From Neovahlkampfia damariscottae (Eukaryota): a stretch of 56,468 nt of DNA. Below are positions 1 to 10,701 of the stretch, piece after piece (position 1 is the stretch's first letter; every line of letters starts with the position of its first letter). The DNA is taken from contig JABLTG010000133.1 in assembly GCA_016618085.1 (NCBI GenBank), forward strand, positions 1-56,468, read 5' to 3'. Both the position numbers and the translations under genes were made by a program. The notes below the pieces were generated by a model, which saw only the letters and a list, made by a program, of their open reading frames with translations, searched no databases and was not told the origin of the DNA.

Positions 1-1191
1 ATACTGAAAATATTAAAATATCACCATTTAATATCAAAGATGCTTTTCAAGTGGATTTTTTTGATGAAAAAGAATCTTATGATTTATTTGATCAATTTGA
101 AGAAGAATATCAAATTAAAGTTGATAATGAAGTAATAGATGAAATATTTGAATATACTTCAGGGTACTTTTATTTTTTAATTTTAATTTTAATTTAATAG
201 ACATCCTGGTTTATTTTGTGTATGCGGTAGAATTATTCAAGAAGAAATTAATGAAAAAAAAAAAAAAAAATTTACTTTGGATGACTGGAAAATATTATTT
301 TCCAAAGGATTTATTGTCAATGAACTGAAATATTATCCAACTACAAAAAGAATATTATCAGATTTCAAAACCCAATCTGATATTTCTGAAGATTCCATAA
401 AAATTTTTAATTCTCTCATTTTTAATGATCCTGAAACTCAATTTGAATTGAATCCTGATGATAAAACAACAGAGTTTCTTGCAAATGAAGGTTTAATTAT
501 TGTTACAGATTTGAAAAAAAATAAATTCAAAATTACATCACCTATTATCAGAGATACTTTTGGAGTTTTATTATTAAAAAAATCTGAAGTTCCAAATCAA
601 TATATTTATCCAAATACTTTTGATATAATTCATGTTTTAAGTGAATCATTTAACTGTTTTGATTTTGAAAAATTAAAAGAATGTTATAAATATGCAACAA
701 AAAATGTTGAAGCTCAAACAACATATTCAGGAAAAACTGCTTTAAATGAATCAGTTTATCAATTTGAACTTGGATCCATATTAAGAAATTGGCTACCTGC
801 AGAATTTACAATCATCGTTCATGCAAAAACAAAAGAATCGGGAAAAAATGTTTCCTATCCAGATATTTTAATTTCTTGTTCTAAATTTAAAATTGTTTTA
901 GAATTATTATCAAATGAAAGATATTCACATAAAAAGAATGCAATAGAACAAAAATCAAGTGTTTTGGGACATATTCAAAGAACTTGTGATTATGCACAAT
1001 TTTTTGAAGCAGAACCATGGATGTTGCATTTTGTAGCTTTGAATTCAATCAATGATTGTGATAAAATTACCTTTCCAAATAAGCATGATAAATTGAATAT
1101 CATTTATTTATTTCATGATCATAATTTTAATTCAATGATAATGAAAATACAAAAAAAAGGTGAAGGTTCAACAATAACAAAAATTAAATAA
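1..1191 (+). CDS. Crinkler-like effector: P-loop/STAND NTPase C-terminal part plus PD-(D/E)xK restriction-endonuclease-like domain (5' truncated by window)
   Basis: Exon 1-162, intron ~163-200, then ORF to 1191. Motifs SPFNI..., TSGHPGLFCVCG, ESVYQFELGSILRNWL and YPDILI...VLELL resemble CR-NTPase/CR-REase proteins. Confidence 0.7.
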
Positions 1192-1510
1192 AGACCATCA
1201 ATGAATGCATTTCCAGTTTTCTTGATAGATCTGGCATATTTGATTGGTTGTTTTTTCAAACTCGAGTTTCAATTTTCCTTCATTTCTGTTGGACAATAAT
1301 TTTCCGAAAAATTTTTGTTGCTGACATTTAGTTGCCAATTTTTTTTGCAACCATTAACCAGTCAATTATATAAACCTCTACTAGGAGGAAACGGAAAAAC
1401 TTCGTCACAAGTTCCTCCGTTTTTTATGAAAAATTTTGTTTGCCTTCGCTTCCAAAATTACCATTAAATTGTGCCACACCCCCAGTAAGTTGTTGGTGAC
1501 ATTCAGTTGT

Positions 1511-1758
1511 CAGTTTTTATTGTCCGGTCATCTGGAAGGTTGGTCAGTGCATCTAAATCTTTTCTGTAAAATTGACTATTTTTTAAAAGTTTCAGATTTT
1601 CCTAAAACCACCTTACCATTTTACCACGAATTTAATTTTACCAGTTTTTATTTTCCGGTCATCTGGTAGGTTGGTCGGACCACTTAATCCTTCCCTGTAA
1701 AATTAACCATTTTTTCAAAATTTTATAAAATTCCAAAAACCACCTTACCAAATTACCA
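1511..1758. repeat. Degenerate tandem direct repeat, 2 units with ~131-bp period, plus a partial related unit near 1315-1350
   Basis: CAGTTTTTAT..TCCGGTCATCTGG(A/T)AGGTTGGTC...CTGTAAAATT...AAAACCACCTTACCA begins at both 1511 and 1642. Confidence 0.8.
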
Positions 1759-2034
1759 GTTATTTAGCTTATTCCTTTTTGTTATAATTTAATTGGTAAT
1801 ATGGTAATGGTAAATTAAAGTAATAAATTAAATGTTTCAATTATATTGGAGTTATTAAATTGTTCAAGGCGAAGCTGGAAGAGAAACCGTCAGGTTTTGA
1901 ATTTCCGTCTTTTTGTAAATAAAATTTATTTTATTCACAACTTCCCGCCACACACACTTTTCTGAGAAATGTTAATCTTTCTTTGTTTTTGTTAATACGT
2001 GCAAGCATTTTTTTCACCTTATCTGTATTTAAGA

Positions 2035-2743
2035 TCATCTCATTTTGGAATAATATTTTTTGAAGGATATCCCGAGCACTGTTCTGACTTCACAGGTAAA
2101 TAACAAGTGTAACGTATTTTTCGTCCTCTGTATGCTACAAAAAACTGTGCCTACACACATTAACAAAATTAATAGAATTTTGTCCATAAATTTGTTTTGT
2201 TGCAGTACAAACTTTGATGGAATGGGTGCTTTTGATTTGCTCAAAATCAGATTTTTAATGAAGTTTCCCAAAATGCTTTCAATCACTTCCATATTTGGTT
2301 TTTCAACTTTTATTGAAGTGCTATAAATTTTGGACAACATCTTTTGAAAGAATTAACTTTTATTTTTGGGATTTTTTTTAACAATTGTTGAAAGTAAATT
2401 TTCCCCTGTCTCTGATAATTCAATTTGTTTTTGTTCATTTTGAACTATATCGCACTGAATTTACTTGTATTGTTTTTTTCTGTATGCATTTCTTTGTTTG
2501 ATATTGATTAATACTCTAGTAATTAAAGAGTTCTTTTACTTTTTCTACTGATATTATAATGTTTCTATCTATTTTGGAATCTTCGCCTGAAGTATAGCCT
2601 ATTGCTTCATCATCTGAAGAATCTAAATCTATTTCATCAAGTGATAATTTTGGTAGAGACTTTCTTAAAACACCTAAGTCCTTCAAAAAACAACAATAAT
2701 TTATGTCGATAACATTTGGAAACATGCAGAGCTTGTCGCACAA
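2035..2743 (-). pseudogene. Fragmented coding-like relic, product unknown
   Basis: Short protein-like ORF pieces (e.g. SLDEIDLDSSDDEAIGYTSGED) separated by stops, with no recognisable family. Confidence 0.25.
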
Positions 2744-3429
2744 TTGTTTGCAAAGGATGCTGTAAAAAAATCAACAATCAAAATTATTGCTCCAAGTGTT
2801 TTTCTGATTCAATTGAATGCTCATTTTGTTTACAAAAAAACACAAAAGAAAGTTCTGTGAAATGTAAATTTTGCAACAAAGAATTTTGTGAAAAACACTT
2901 GAGTACATGTGAAAAATGCTCCCGGAATTATTGCTCAGAATGTAATGATTGGAGTCAGTTGTCAAAACTACGTTTAGCTTGCAATACAGACACTGAAGAA
3001 AGTATTGCCGAAATCTTATCAAAAGTTTATTCAGAGAAATTAGATTATTATGATCTTGGTCAGAAACAATTGAAAGAAATCGGACAATATCAAAACTCTA
3101 CTGGATTATTAATTCCTGTTTCAGATTTCAAACTAGTTGTGGAAGAAGTGATCTCATATTACTCTGATGACTTGGAATTTGAACCAGAAGCACTTGAACA
3201 ACTTCAAATAGAAGCAGATAGTTTTATTGTTGAATTATTCGAAACAACATTACTTGAAGCTATCCATGCAAGAAGAGATATTATTACTCTAAGAGATATG
3301 AAAATCAGTGAAAGGATCAGAAATGGTCTTTGCCTTTCTCGAGTCTGGGAACCGGACATGGTTGAAGAAGAACCAATTCCAGTTTTAGAAATAAAAAAAG
3401 AAGAACGTGTCGTAGATGACAGTATTTAA
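2716..3429 (+). CDS. Cys-rich Zn-finger repeats plus divergent histone H3 fold (5' start unclear, possibly decayed)
   Basis: Multiple CxxC pairs, then LKEIGQYQNSTGLLIP...LFETTLLEAIHARRDIITLRDMKISERIR, gaplessly colinear with H3 residues 40-131 (nt ~3046-3321). In-frame TAA at 2710 and no upstream ATG. Confidence 0.75.
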   Translation: METCRACRTIVCKGCCKKINNQNYCSKCFSDSIECSFCLQKNTKESSVKCKFCNKEFCEKHLSTCEKCSRNYCSECNDWSQLSKLRLACNTDTEESIAEILSKVYSEKLDYYDLGQKQLKEIGQYQNSTGLLIPVSDFKLVVEEVISYYSDDLEFEPEALEQLQIEADSFIVELFETTLLEAIHARRDIITLRDMKISERIRNGLCLSRVWEPDMVEEEPIPVLEIKKEERVVDDSI

Positions 3430-3435
3430 TTGAAG

Positions 3436-4268
3436 ATTTACATTCAAATGATGTATCTGTCAATGATGATTGTCAATTTGATGATGACAAAAGTGAATTG
3501 GAAATCACTGATGAAGAAGAAGAATATGAATGTGAAAGTGAAGAATTGAATGCAACTCCTGTTCCTCAATGGAATAATCAAGATATTTTAACTTGGGTAG
3601 AAGATACATTTTCTGGAATACCAAAAGAAATAATCAAAGAAAAATTTAAACAAATGAAAATTAAAGGAGATTTATTGATATATCTTGATGCATTTGATTT
3701 AAAAGAAATGGAATCTGAATGTGCAAAATATCTTTTGGAGAAAACAGAAATTCTCAAAAAATCTGAAAAAGCAAGAATACTCAAGCAAAGAAAACAAGAT
3801 GAAATAGAAGAACAAGTAATTAAAATTGAAGAAGAAGTATTGAGCAACATAGAAAAATACGGCACTGAAGATGAAGAATCAGATTTTACCGATTATTCAG
3901 AAAGTGATGAAGAGACTACTGAATATTTCAATGAAGAAGAAAATAATTATGATAGTCTGAAAAGAAAAAGAGAAGATGAAGATGAAATAGATCAATTGCC
4001 AATTGTTGTTGAAACATTTGATGGATATAGTTCACAACCAGAAGTTCGATGTATTGGAGTGTTTGGTGATATCTTTTCTGCAAATAAGAAAATCTGGGAT
4101 GTATTTTACAATGAAGATCCTTGGGGTAATTCCTTTCAGCCTTCAGATGTAAAAATGAAAAAGGATTCTTTGGGAATTATGTCATTGGAATATATTGCAG
4201 AACATGGTTGCATTTGGAAAGTCTATGGAAAAACTCCTCAGGTACAAAAAAAAAGAAAAAGATACTAA
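3436..4268 (+). CDS. Acidic protein with SAM domain, probably the C-terminal part of the H3-fold gene
   Basis: WNNQDILTWVE...FKQMKIKGDLLIYLDAFDLKEM fits a SAM consensus. There is no own ATG. A 29-nt GT-AG intron (3407-3435) would join it in frame to the upstream ORF. It ends in the basic NLS-like KKRKRY. Confidence 0.55.
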
Positions 4269-4463
4269 ATGCAGAAATTCACAAAAATGGACTTTTATTC
4301 TAATAACCCAAAAAGTTTGAAAATACGATGTTTCACTCCAAAATTTTCAACCAATTTCTCTGTTCATTCAACAAAAGTTGTTGTGATTTTGACCAATCAA
4401 TTCGTTCCAAGTTTTTCCGATCGTCAGACTAGCAAAAACGTTAAAAAAGAAACAAAAAGAAAA

Positions 4464-5817
4464 ATGATAAATCAAGAATATAAGCAACTAAAAGAAGATG
4501 CATTAATAAATTTGAAAGGTTCCTCGATTACAGAAAGTTTTATTTTATCTTTAACAATGCCTTTCACAATTTTATTACACTACATCATTTTCAAAGAACC
4601 AAAGTATGAAAACAACACCATAAACAAAATATTAAACATAATATGTCACTCATTTCCATTTATTATTACATTCACTTTTTGGACAGAATCATACCCTTTT
4701 TATTTTTCAATTATATTTGTGTTGGTTGCTTTATACATTATAATGAATCCAAAAAGATTTCAATTTTTAACAAAAGAAAGGGTTGAGGAATTAAATCAAA
4801 AAAGAAAGTTTTTTATTTCAACTTATAGAATTTCCAAAATGCTTGGTGTTTGTATAACGATTTTAGTGGTTGATTTTCCATTATCGTTTGATAGGAGATT
4901 ATCAAAATGTGAAACTTACGGGATATCAATGATGGATTTAGGAGTTGGTACTTTCATTTTTTCAAGTGCTATGATCTCTACTATTACTTCAAGAAGTATA
5001 ATGAAAATTTTAAAATCTGTTGGTCCAATGATTGTTTTAGGTATTTTACGTTTCTTGTCCGTTACAATTACAAATTATCCAGTTCATATGACTGAATATG
5101 GAACTCATTGGAATTTCTTCTTCACTTTGGCAGCAATTTCAATTTCAATAAATTTAATAGGACACTCAAAGAATGATTTATATTTGGGTATTTTGGCAGG
5201 TGTTGCTCATGAAATTCTTTTGAGAAATGGATTAGAAACTTATATTATGGATCCAAATAGAGTTTCATTTATTGATCACAACAAAGAAGGCATTTGTACT
5301 CTTTTAGCTTATATTTCAATTTACTACATTGCTTCAAGTTTTGGAAAAATCTTTCTTAAAGAAAGAACTCGAGAAGAATGGAAAAATCTTTTAATTCGTC
5401 TTTGGATTTTAACCATTTTATTTTTGATCCCAGTTTTTTTATGGGAAAAATATTTCTTATTTTCCAGAAGATTAGGTACCAAATAGAAACAAAAATTAAA
5501 TTCCATTTTTTATAGGAAATTTAGGTTACATCTTGGCAATCGTTGGTCAAAATTTTATTCTTGTGACTTTGAATTTGACAATATCAATGTTTACAAATGT
5601 ACATGATAATTTAATGGTTAATATTGTCAATTCAAATCCATTGATTTTCTTTTTAATTGCAAATTTATTCACTGGAATTATTAATTTCGTTTTTGATACA
5701 TTGACTATCAAAGCACCATTCGTTTTTGTGATTTTAACAGGTTATGCTTTTGCAACAACATACACTAGATTATTGAGTTTAAAATTAATGAAAAGTAAAT
5801 CAAAAAAACAAGAATAA
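4464..5817 (+). CDS. PIGW: GPI inositol acyltransferase PIG-W/GWT1, copy 1
   Basis: ILVVDFP..FDRRLSKCETYGISMMDLGVG, EYGTHWNFFFTL, NKEGI, SRRL; multi-TM; one intron ~5476-5515. Confidence 0.92.
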
Positions 5818-5889
5818 ATTTTATCTTTTCATTGGTTGTTATATTTCCACCAACCGGAATAACTCAAAAGTGAAAGGAACGAAGGAAAA

Positions 5890-7252
5890 ATGAACGATGA
5901 ATATAAATTGCTCAAAGAAATGGCTTTGAGAAATCCAACTGGAAGTACAATAATTGAAACATTTCTACTTTACAGGTAAAAAAAAAACGATAAAAAATTT
6001 AAAATAATTTCCGCGCAGTACCATGCCTTTATCTTCATTTCTATACTTTTTCATCTTTAAAACTTACAAGAATGAAAAGAATTTAAAGAATTTAATCCTA
6101 GAAATCGCAGTTTGGGCGCTACCATTCATTATAATATCCAGTTTTTTCATGGAGAACGTTAATGTAACATACTTTATAATTTACACTGCTTGTTTCATTT
6201 TATTTTATCTCAACTATAAAAATGGAAGAATAAAATTCTTGAGTGAAAAGAGACTTGAAGAATTAAATTCAAAAAGAAAATATTTCATTTCAATGTACAG
6301 AAGTTATGTCATGTATGGTGTTTGTATCGTTATTTTAGTTGTAGATTTTCCTAATAGTTATCCAAGAAGACAGTCAAAATGTGATTATTTTGGTATTTCT
6401 GTTATGGATATTGGAAGTGGTGGTTTTATTTTTTCATCAGCAATGATTACATCAGCAACTTCAAGATCAATAGTTTCAATCATGAAATCAGTTTCACCTA
6501 TGATTTTATTTGGTATTTTAAGAATTTACTTTTTGAGATTATTCAATTATCATGAGCACATTTCAGAATATGGATTTCATTGGAATTTCTTTTTCACTTT
6601 GGCTTCTGTTGCATTTTTAGTTAATATTTTTGGAAATTCTAAATTTGATTTTTATCTTGGTTTTGTATCCGGTTTTTTACATCAATTTCTTTTGGTCAAT
6701 GGATTAGATGCTTATATTTTAAATGATAACATTAGAGTTTCAATTATTGACCAAAACAAAGAAGGAATTTGCACCATTTTAGGTTATCTATCAATTTATT
6801 ATTTTGGCTCTGCTTTTGGTCGAATGTTTCAAGCTGATAAAGGAAAAGTTTTTTCTAGAGATGACTGGAAAAGAATTTTAATCAAATCATGGTGTTTTTT
6901 GTTCGCATCTTTTTGTTTTCTGGCTCTTTGGGAACAAAGATTTTTGTTTTCAAGAAGATTGGCTAATTTTGGATATATCATAGCTGTCATTTCACAGTCA
7001 TTAATTTTAGTTGTTTCAAGTTTGACTTTATCCATGTTTACTGATCCATATGAATCACTTTTGATTAATATTGTAAATTCTAATCAGTTTATATTTTTTT
7101 TGATGGGTAACTTATCAACTGGTTTGGTCAATGTTACAATTGACACTTTGAGTCAATCTCAATTTGTTTGTTTTTTGATTTTATTTTTTCATTCATTCAT
7201 TACAATTTGGATACGTTATCTTTGGTTGAATTATTCAAAAATTGAATATTAA
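5890..7252 (+). CDS. PIGW: GPI inositol acyltransferase PIG-W/GWT1, copy 2
   Basis: ILVVDFP..YPRRQSKCDYFGISVMDIGSG, EYGFHWNFFFTL, NKEGI, SRRLAN; intron ~5975-6018. Confidence 0.9.
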
Positions 7253-7395
7253 AAATTTTTGAAATGTTAAAATTTAACAATTCTCTTTCTTAAAAGTGCA
7301 AATTATTATTTCACCTTTTTTCGATCTCTTAATTGGTATTTATTTTTTTGGGTTCTGACCTTGAAAGTATGAACATTTTTTTGAAAAATAAATAT

Positions 7396-8925
7396 TTATT
7401 CTTCTTCTTTCTTCTTGATACACCTGAAACAGATCAAAATATCCCGAATCAATAATTTAAAATATTTCCAATCAAATGAACCCACCATCAAAACTACAAC
7501 AGTAGTTGGAACGCCAACTGCGTAAATTGGCCAAGTCAACATATAAAAAGAAATTGAAATATAATCTTTTCCAATTAAAAACTGAAACATTGTATTCAAT
7601 CCAACAAAAATCCAAATTGAAATATTCAAATCCAAAACAATCATATACCGAGAATACTTCAATTTTAAAAACAAATTACAAATATTCCCATATTCTTCTC
7701 TCAAAATTGAATTTGAATAAATCCTGATCACAATAATAATTGCGGAAATTGAAGTTGCAAGTGGGAGTACAAATCCCATTAATGGGTAAAGTAATCCCCA
7801 ACCACCAACTAAATAAATGAATATTCTTCTTTGAAACTGATCTATATAACTATATCCAATATAGAATAAGATTTCAATTACCAACATCAAAGTTAAAAAT
7901 GATTGAAGTAAAATATAAATAATTTTGTTTTTCCATGAAAGTGGGCGTCTTGCAAAAGATTTCATCTCTTCAATAATGTGAAACCATAATATAGTAGTCA
8001 ATGAAAATGCGTAAAATACAAATCCAAATAGTGTTGGAGCAATATATGCTTTAAGGAAAATTTGTGGGAAAATCAAATCAACAGTACCCATTAAAAATGA
8101 AAAAGACAAAATCAAAAATATGATAAACCGAACTTGATTTGATATTGAAAATACAGAAGTCAGCTTTTTTTTCCATGTCAAGTCCATTTCTCGATTTGTA
8201 AAGAGCAAATAGATTTTATAGAATTCAGGTATAATTATGCAAAAGAAATTCAAAATCCATAAAAAATAAGATGCAATTAAGAAAAATATCGTTGAATATG
8301 TCAAATAAATCCAAAATAAAACTTTGTGTGAAAAGTCATCTCGATGATAAAATATCTTTGTCAGGTAATCATAGCATAAATTCAAAGTTGGTTTATAAAA
8401 AATGCATTCAGCACTATCAGAGCACTTACAATAGTTTTTTATGACCCATGGACATGTTTGATTTGTAAAATTTTGAGGAATGGTTATTTCACATTGCAAA
8501 CAAATCCGATTCACCAATAAATGTAATTCACTCGCTTTCTGTCGTTCTGTTAATGAAAATGTAGTATTTTCTGAATTTAAAAGGAATTTAGGTTTCTGTG
8601 ATGAACATAAATAAATTTCACAAAAATTCTTAACATTGGTATTATTGAACAGACTTGGATCATTTTTTTGTAATTCTGTTTCGGCTTGATGACATAATTC
8701 TGTGGTCCCATCGTAACTAAAAATTGGATGAAAAGGAGCTATCCATATTATTTCTTTTGTTAATTCTGGTTCAAAAGACGTTTGAGCATTCAGTGGTAAA
8801 TAAATTTTTGTGAATTTTTTTGGGTGGTTTAATGTAATATTTTGCAGCAGAAAGTTCAAATCTGATATTTGTGAGTATATTTGAAGTGGTAGAATGAATA
8901 AAACTATGATAAATATCCTCATCAT
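7396..8925 (-). CDS. Signal peptide, Cys-rich ectodomain and ~7 TM helices (GPCR-like membrane protein)
   Basis: Hydrophobic N-terminus, Cys-rich extracellular region, about seven hydrophobic segments; intronless ORF. Confidence 0.55.
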   Translation of the reverse strand: MMRIFIIVLFILPLQIYSQISDLNFLLQNITLNHPKKFTKIYLPLNAQTSFEPELTKEIIWIAPFHPIFSYDGTTELCHQAETELQKNDPSLFNNTNVKNFCEIYLCSSQKPKFLLNSENTTFSLTERQKASELHLLVNRICLQCEITIPQNFTNQTCPWVIKNYCKCSDSAECIFYKPTLNLCYDYLTKIFYHRDDFSHKVLFWIYLTYSTIFFLIASYFLWILNFFCIIIPEFYKIYLLFTNREMDLTWKKKLTSVFSISNQVRFIIFLILSFSFLMGTVDLIFPQIFLKAYIAPTLFGFVFYAFSLTTILWFHIIEEMKSFARRPLSWKNKIIYILLQSFLTLMLVIEILFYIGYSYIDQFQRRIFIYLVGGWGLLYPLMGFVLPLATSISAIIIVIRIYSNSILREEYGNICNLFLKLKYSRYMIVLDLNISIWIFVGLNTMFQFLIGKDYISISFYMLTWPIYAVGVPTTVVVLMVGSFDWKYFKLLIRDILICFRCIKKKEEE

Positions 8926-9068
8926 TTCAGTGTTTAACACAACAATCAAAATGGATTTGACCAATGAGCCCTTTTCCTGTCATTCAAATTTGAAGTGTTC
9001 ACATGTCAAAAGAAGGAAAATTAGAACTAAAAAAAAAAAATGGTTTGATTTTTCAATCATCACAAATT

Positions 9069-10618
9069 TTATTTATATTTCATTGTTTCTTCTTCAAATC
9101 CAACAGTTGGGAATTTTGAACTGAATCCAATAATTTCTTCCCTCAATTCTTTCAATCCAAAACCATCTTTATTTTCATCAACAAAGTTTTGAAATTCTTT
9201 GATAGTTTTAGTTTCTTTTTTCATTTTCTTTGTGATCTCAACTGCTCTTTCAATAAATTCAAATGTCTTTTCACAATCTTGTTCTTTGAATCCCCTTGTT
9301 GTGATAGCAGGTGTCCCAAGTCTAAAAAATATTAGATTCATCAAACATACCTAATTCCACTTGGATTAAATGGTGATGTATCAGAAGGAATTGTATTTTT
9401 ATTCACTGCAATTTTCAATGAATCTAATACTTTTTCAACTCTTGATCCATCCAATCCTTTATTTTTCATGTTAATCAACATTAAATGATTATCAGATCCA
9501 CCAGTTAAAATATCAAAATCTTTTTCAATGAATTTTTTACATAAGGCTTGACAATTTACCAAAACTTGTTTTTGATAATCTTCATATTCTTTTGATTTGA
9601 TCATTTTCAAAGCAACTCCTAACTAAATTAAAGATGTTTAAGTTTTAAAATAAAATTGATTACTGCTGCAATGGAATGATTATGAGGTCCTCCTTGACAT
9701 CCTGGGAATACAGATGAATTGATTCTTTCTTCAATATCATATTTGAACTCTTTTCCATTTAATTGTCTTGTTCCTTTTCTGTAGAAGATCATTGCATGTC
9801 TTGGTCCTCTTAAACTTTTATGTGTTGTTGTTGTTACAACATCTGAGTATTCAAATGGTGAAGGCACTACACCTGCAGCCACTAAACCACTAATATGTGA
9901 CATATCGGATAATAACCAAGCGTTATGTTGATCAGAAATATCTCGAAATCTTGCATAATCTAAATTTCTTGAATATGCTGATGTTCCAGCAACGATTAGT
10001 TTTGGTCGATAATAATCAGCAATTTCTTGCATTTTGTCATAATCTATTAAGTTTGTTTCTGGATTTAAACGATAAGCCATTGTTTGGTAAACATAAGAAA
10101 CTTTTGAAATTTTTTTTTGTTTTGTTTGAAATCCATGTGAAAGATGTCCTCCATGTGGGAGATCTAAAGCTAAAATTCTATCATTTATCTCTAATAAACC
10201 CATATATGCCTCCATATTTGCTGGTGACCCACTTAATGGTTGTACATTGACACCCCATTCTTCATGAGATAAATTGAAGGCTTCTAAAGCTCTTTTGATT
10301 GTTAAGTTTTCACTTTTATCAATGAATTCATTTCCTCCATAATAACGTTTTCCAGGAAGACCTTCTGAATATTTATTCGACATTATTGAACCTAAAGCTT
10401 CAAGTACAGCTTTTGAAGTAAAATTCTAATGATGTTTTAATTAAATTCAATTTATTTACTTCAGATGGAATCAAAACAATTCCTTCTCTTTGTCTTTGTT
10501 TTTCTAATTCAATAATTTCGAACATTTCTGGATCAACAGTCTCCAAAGAGTCAAAAAGTTGATTTGAATATAATTTTTTGTTGATCTTATTCACTTTTTT
10601 AAAAGTTTTGAGCAACAT
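9069..10618 (-). CDS. SHMT: Serine hydroxymethyltransferase, probably mitochondrial
   Basis: [25 protein letters not shown]-lysine motif [19 protein letters not shown]; 3 short introns; basic N-terminal extension. Confidence 0.97.
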
Positions 10619-10701
10619 TGATTTTCGTCGTTATTCTTCTTCCAAAAAAAATTGACCAATAAAACAAATTTCGGTTGGTAATAAAAAATGGAAAAAAAAT
10701 T

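Noticed and set aside
2710..2712. In-frame TAA codons (2710, 30574, ~12742) suggesting stop-codon reassignment
   Set aside because: Conserved genes end in TAA and have no internal stops, so the standard code fits. These cases are decayed or intronic.
2716..3429. Calling the H3-fold protein a canonical H3 or CENP-A
   Set aside because: There is no basic N-tail, no loop-1 insertion, the DNA-binding arginines are lost, and extra domains are present.
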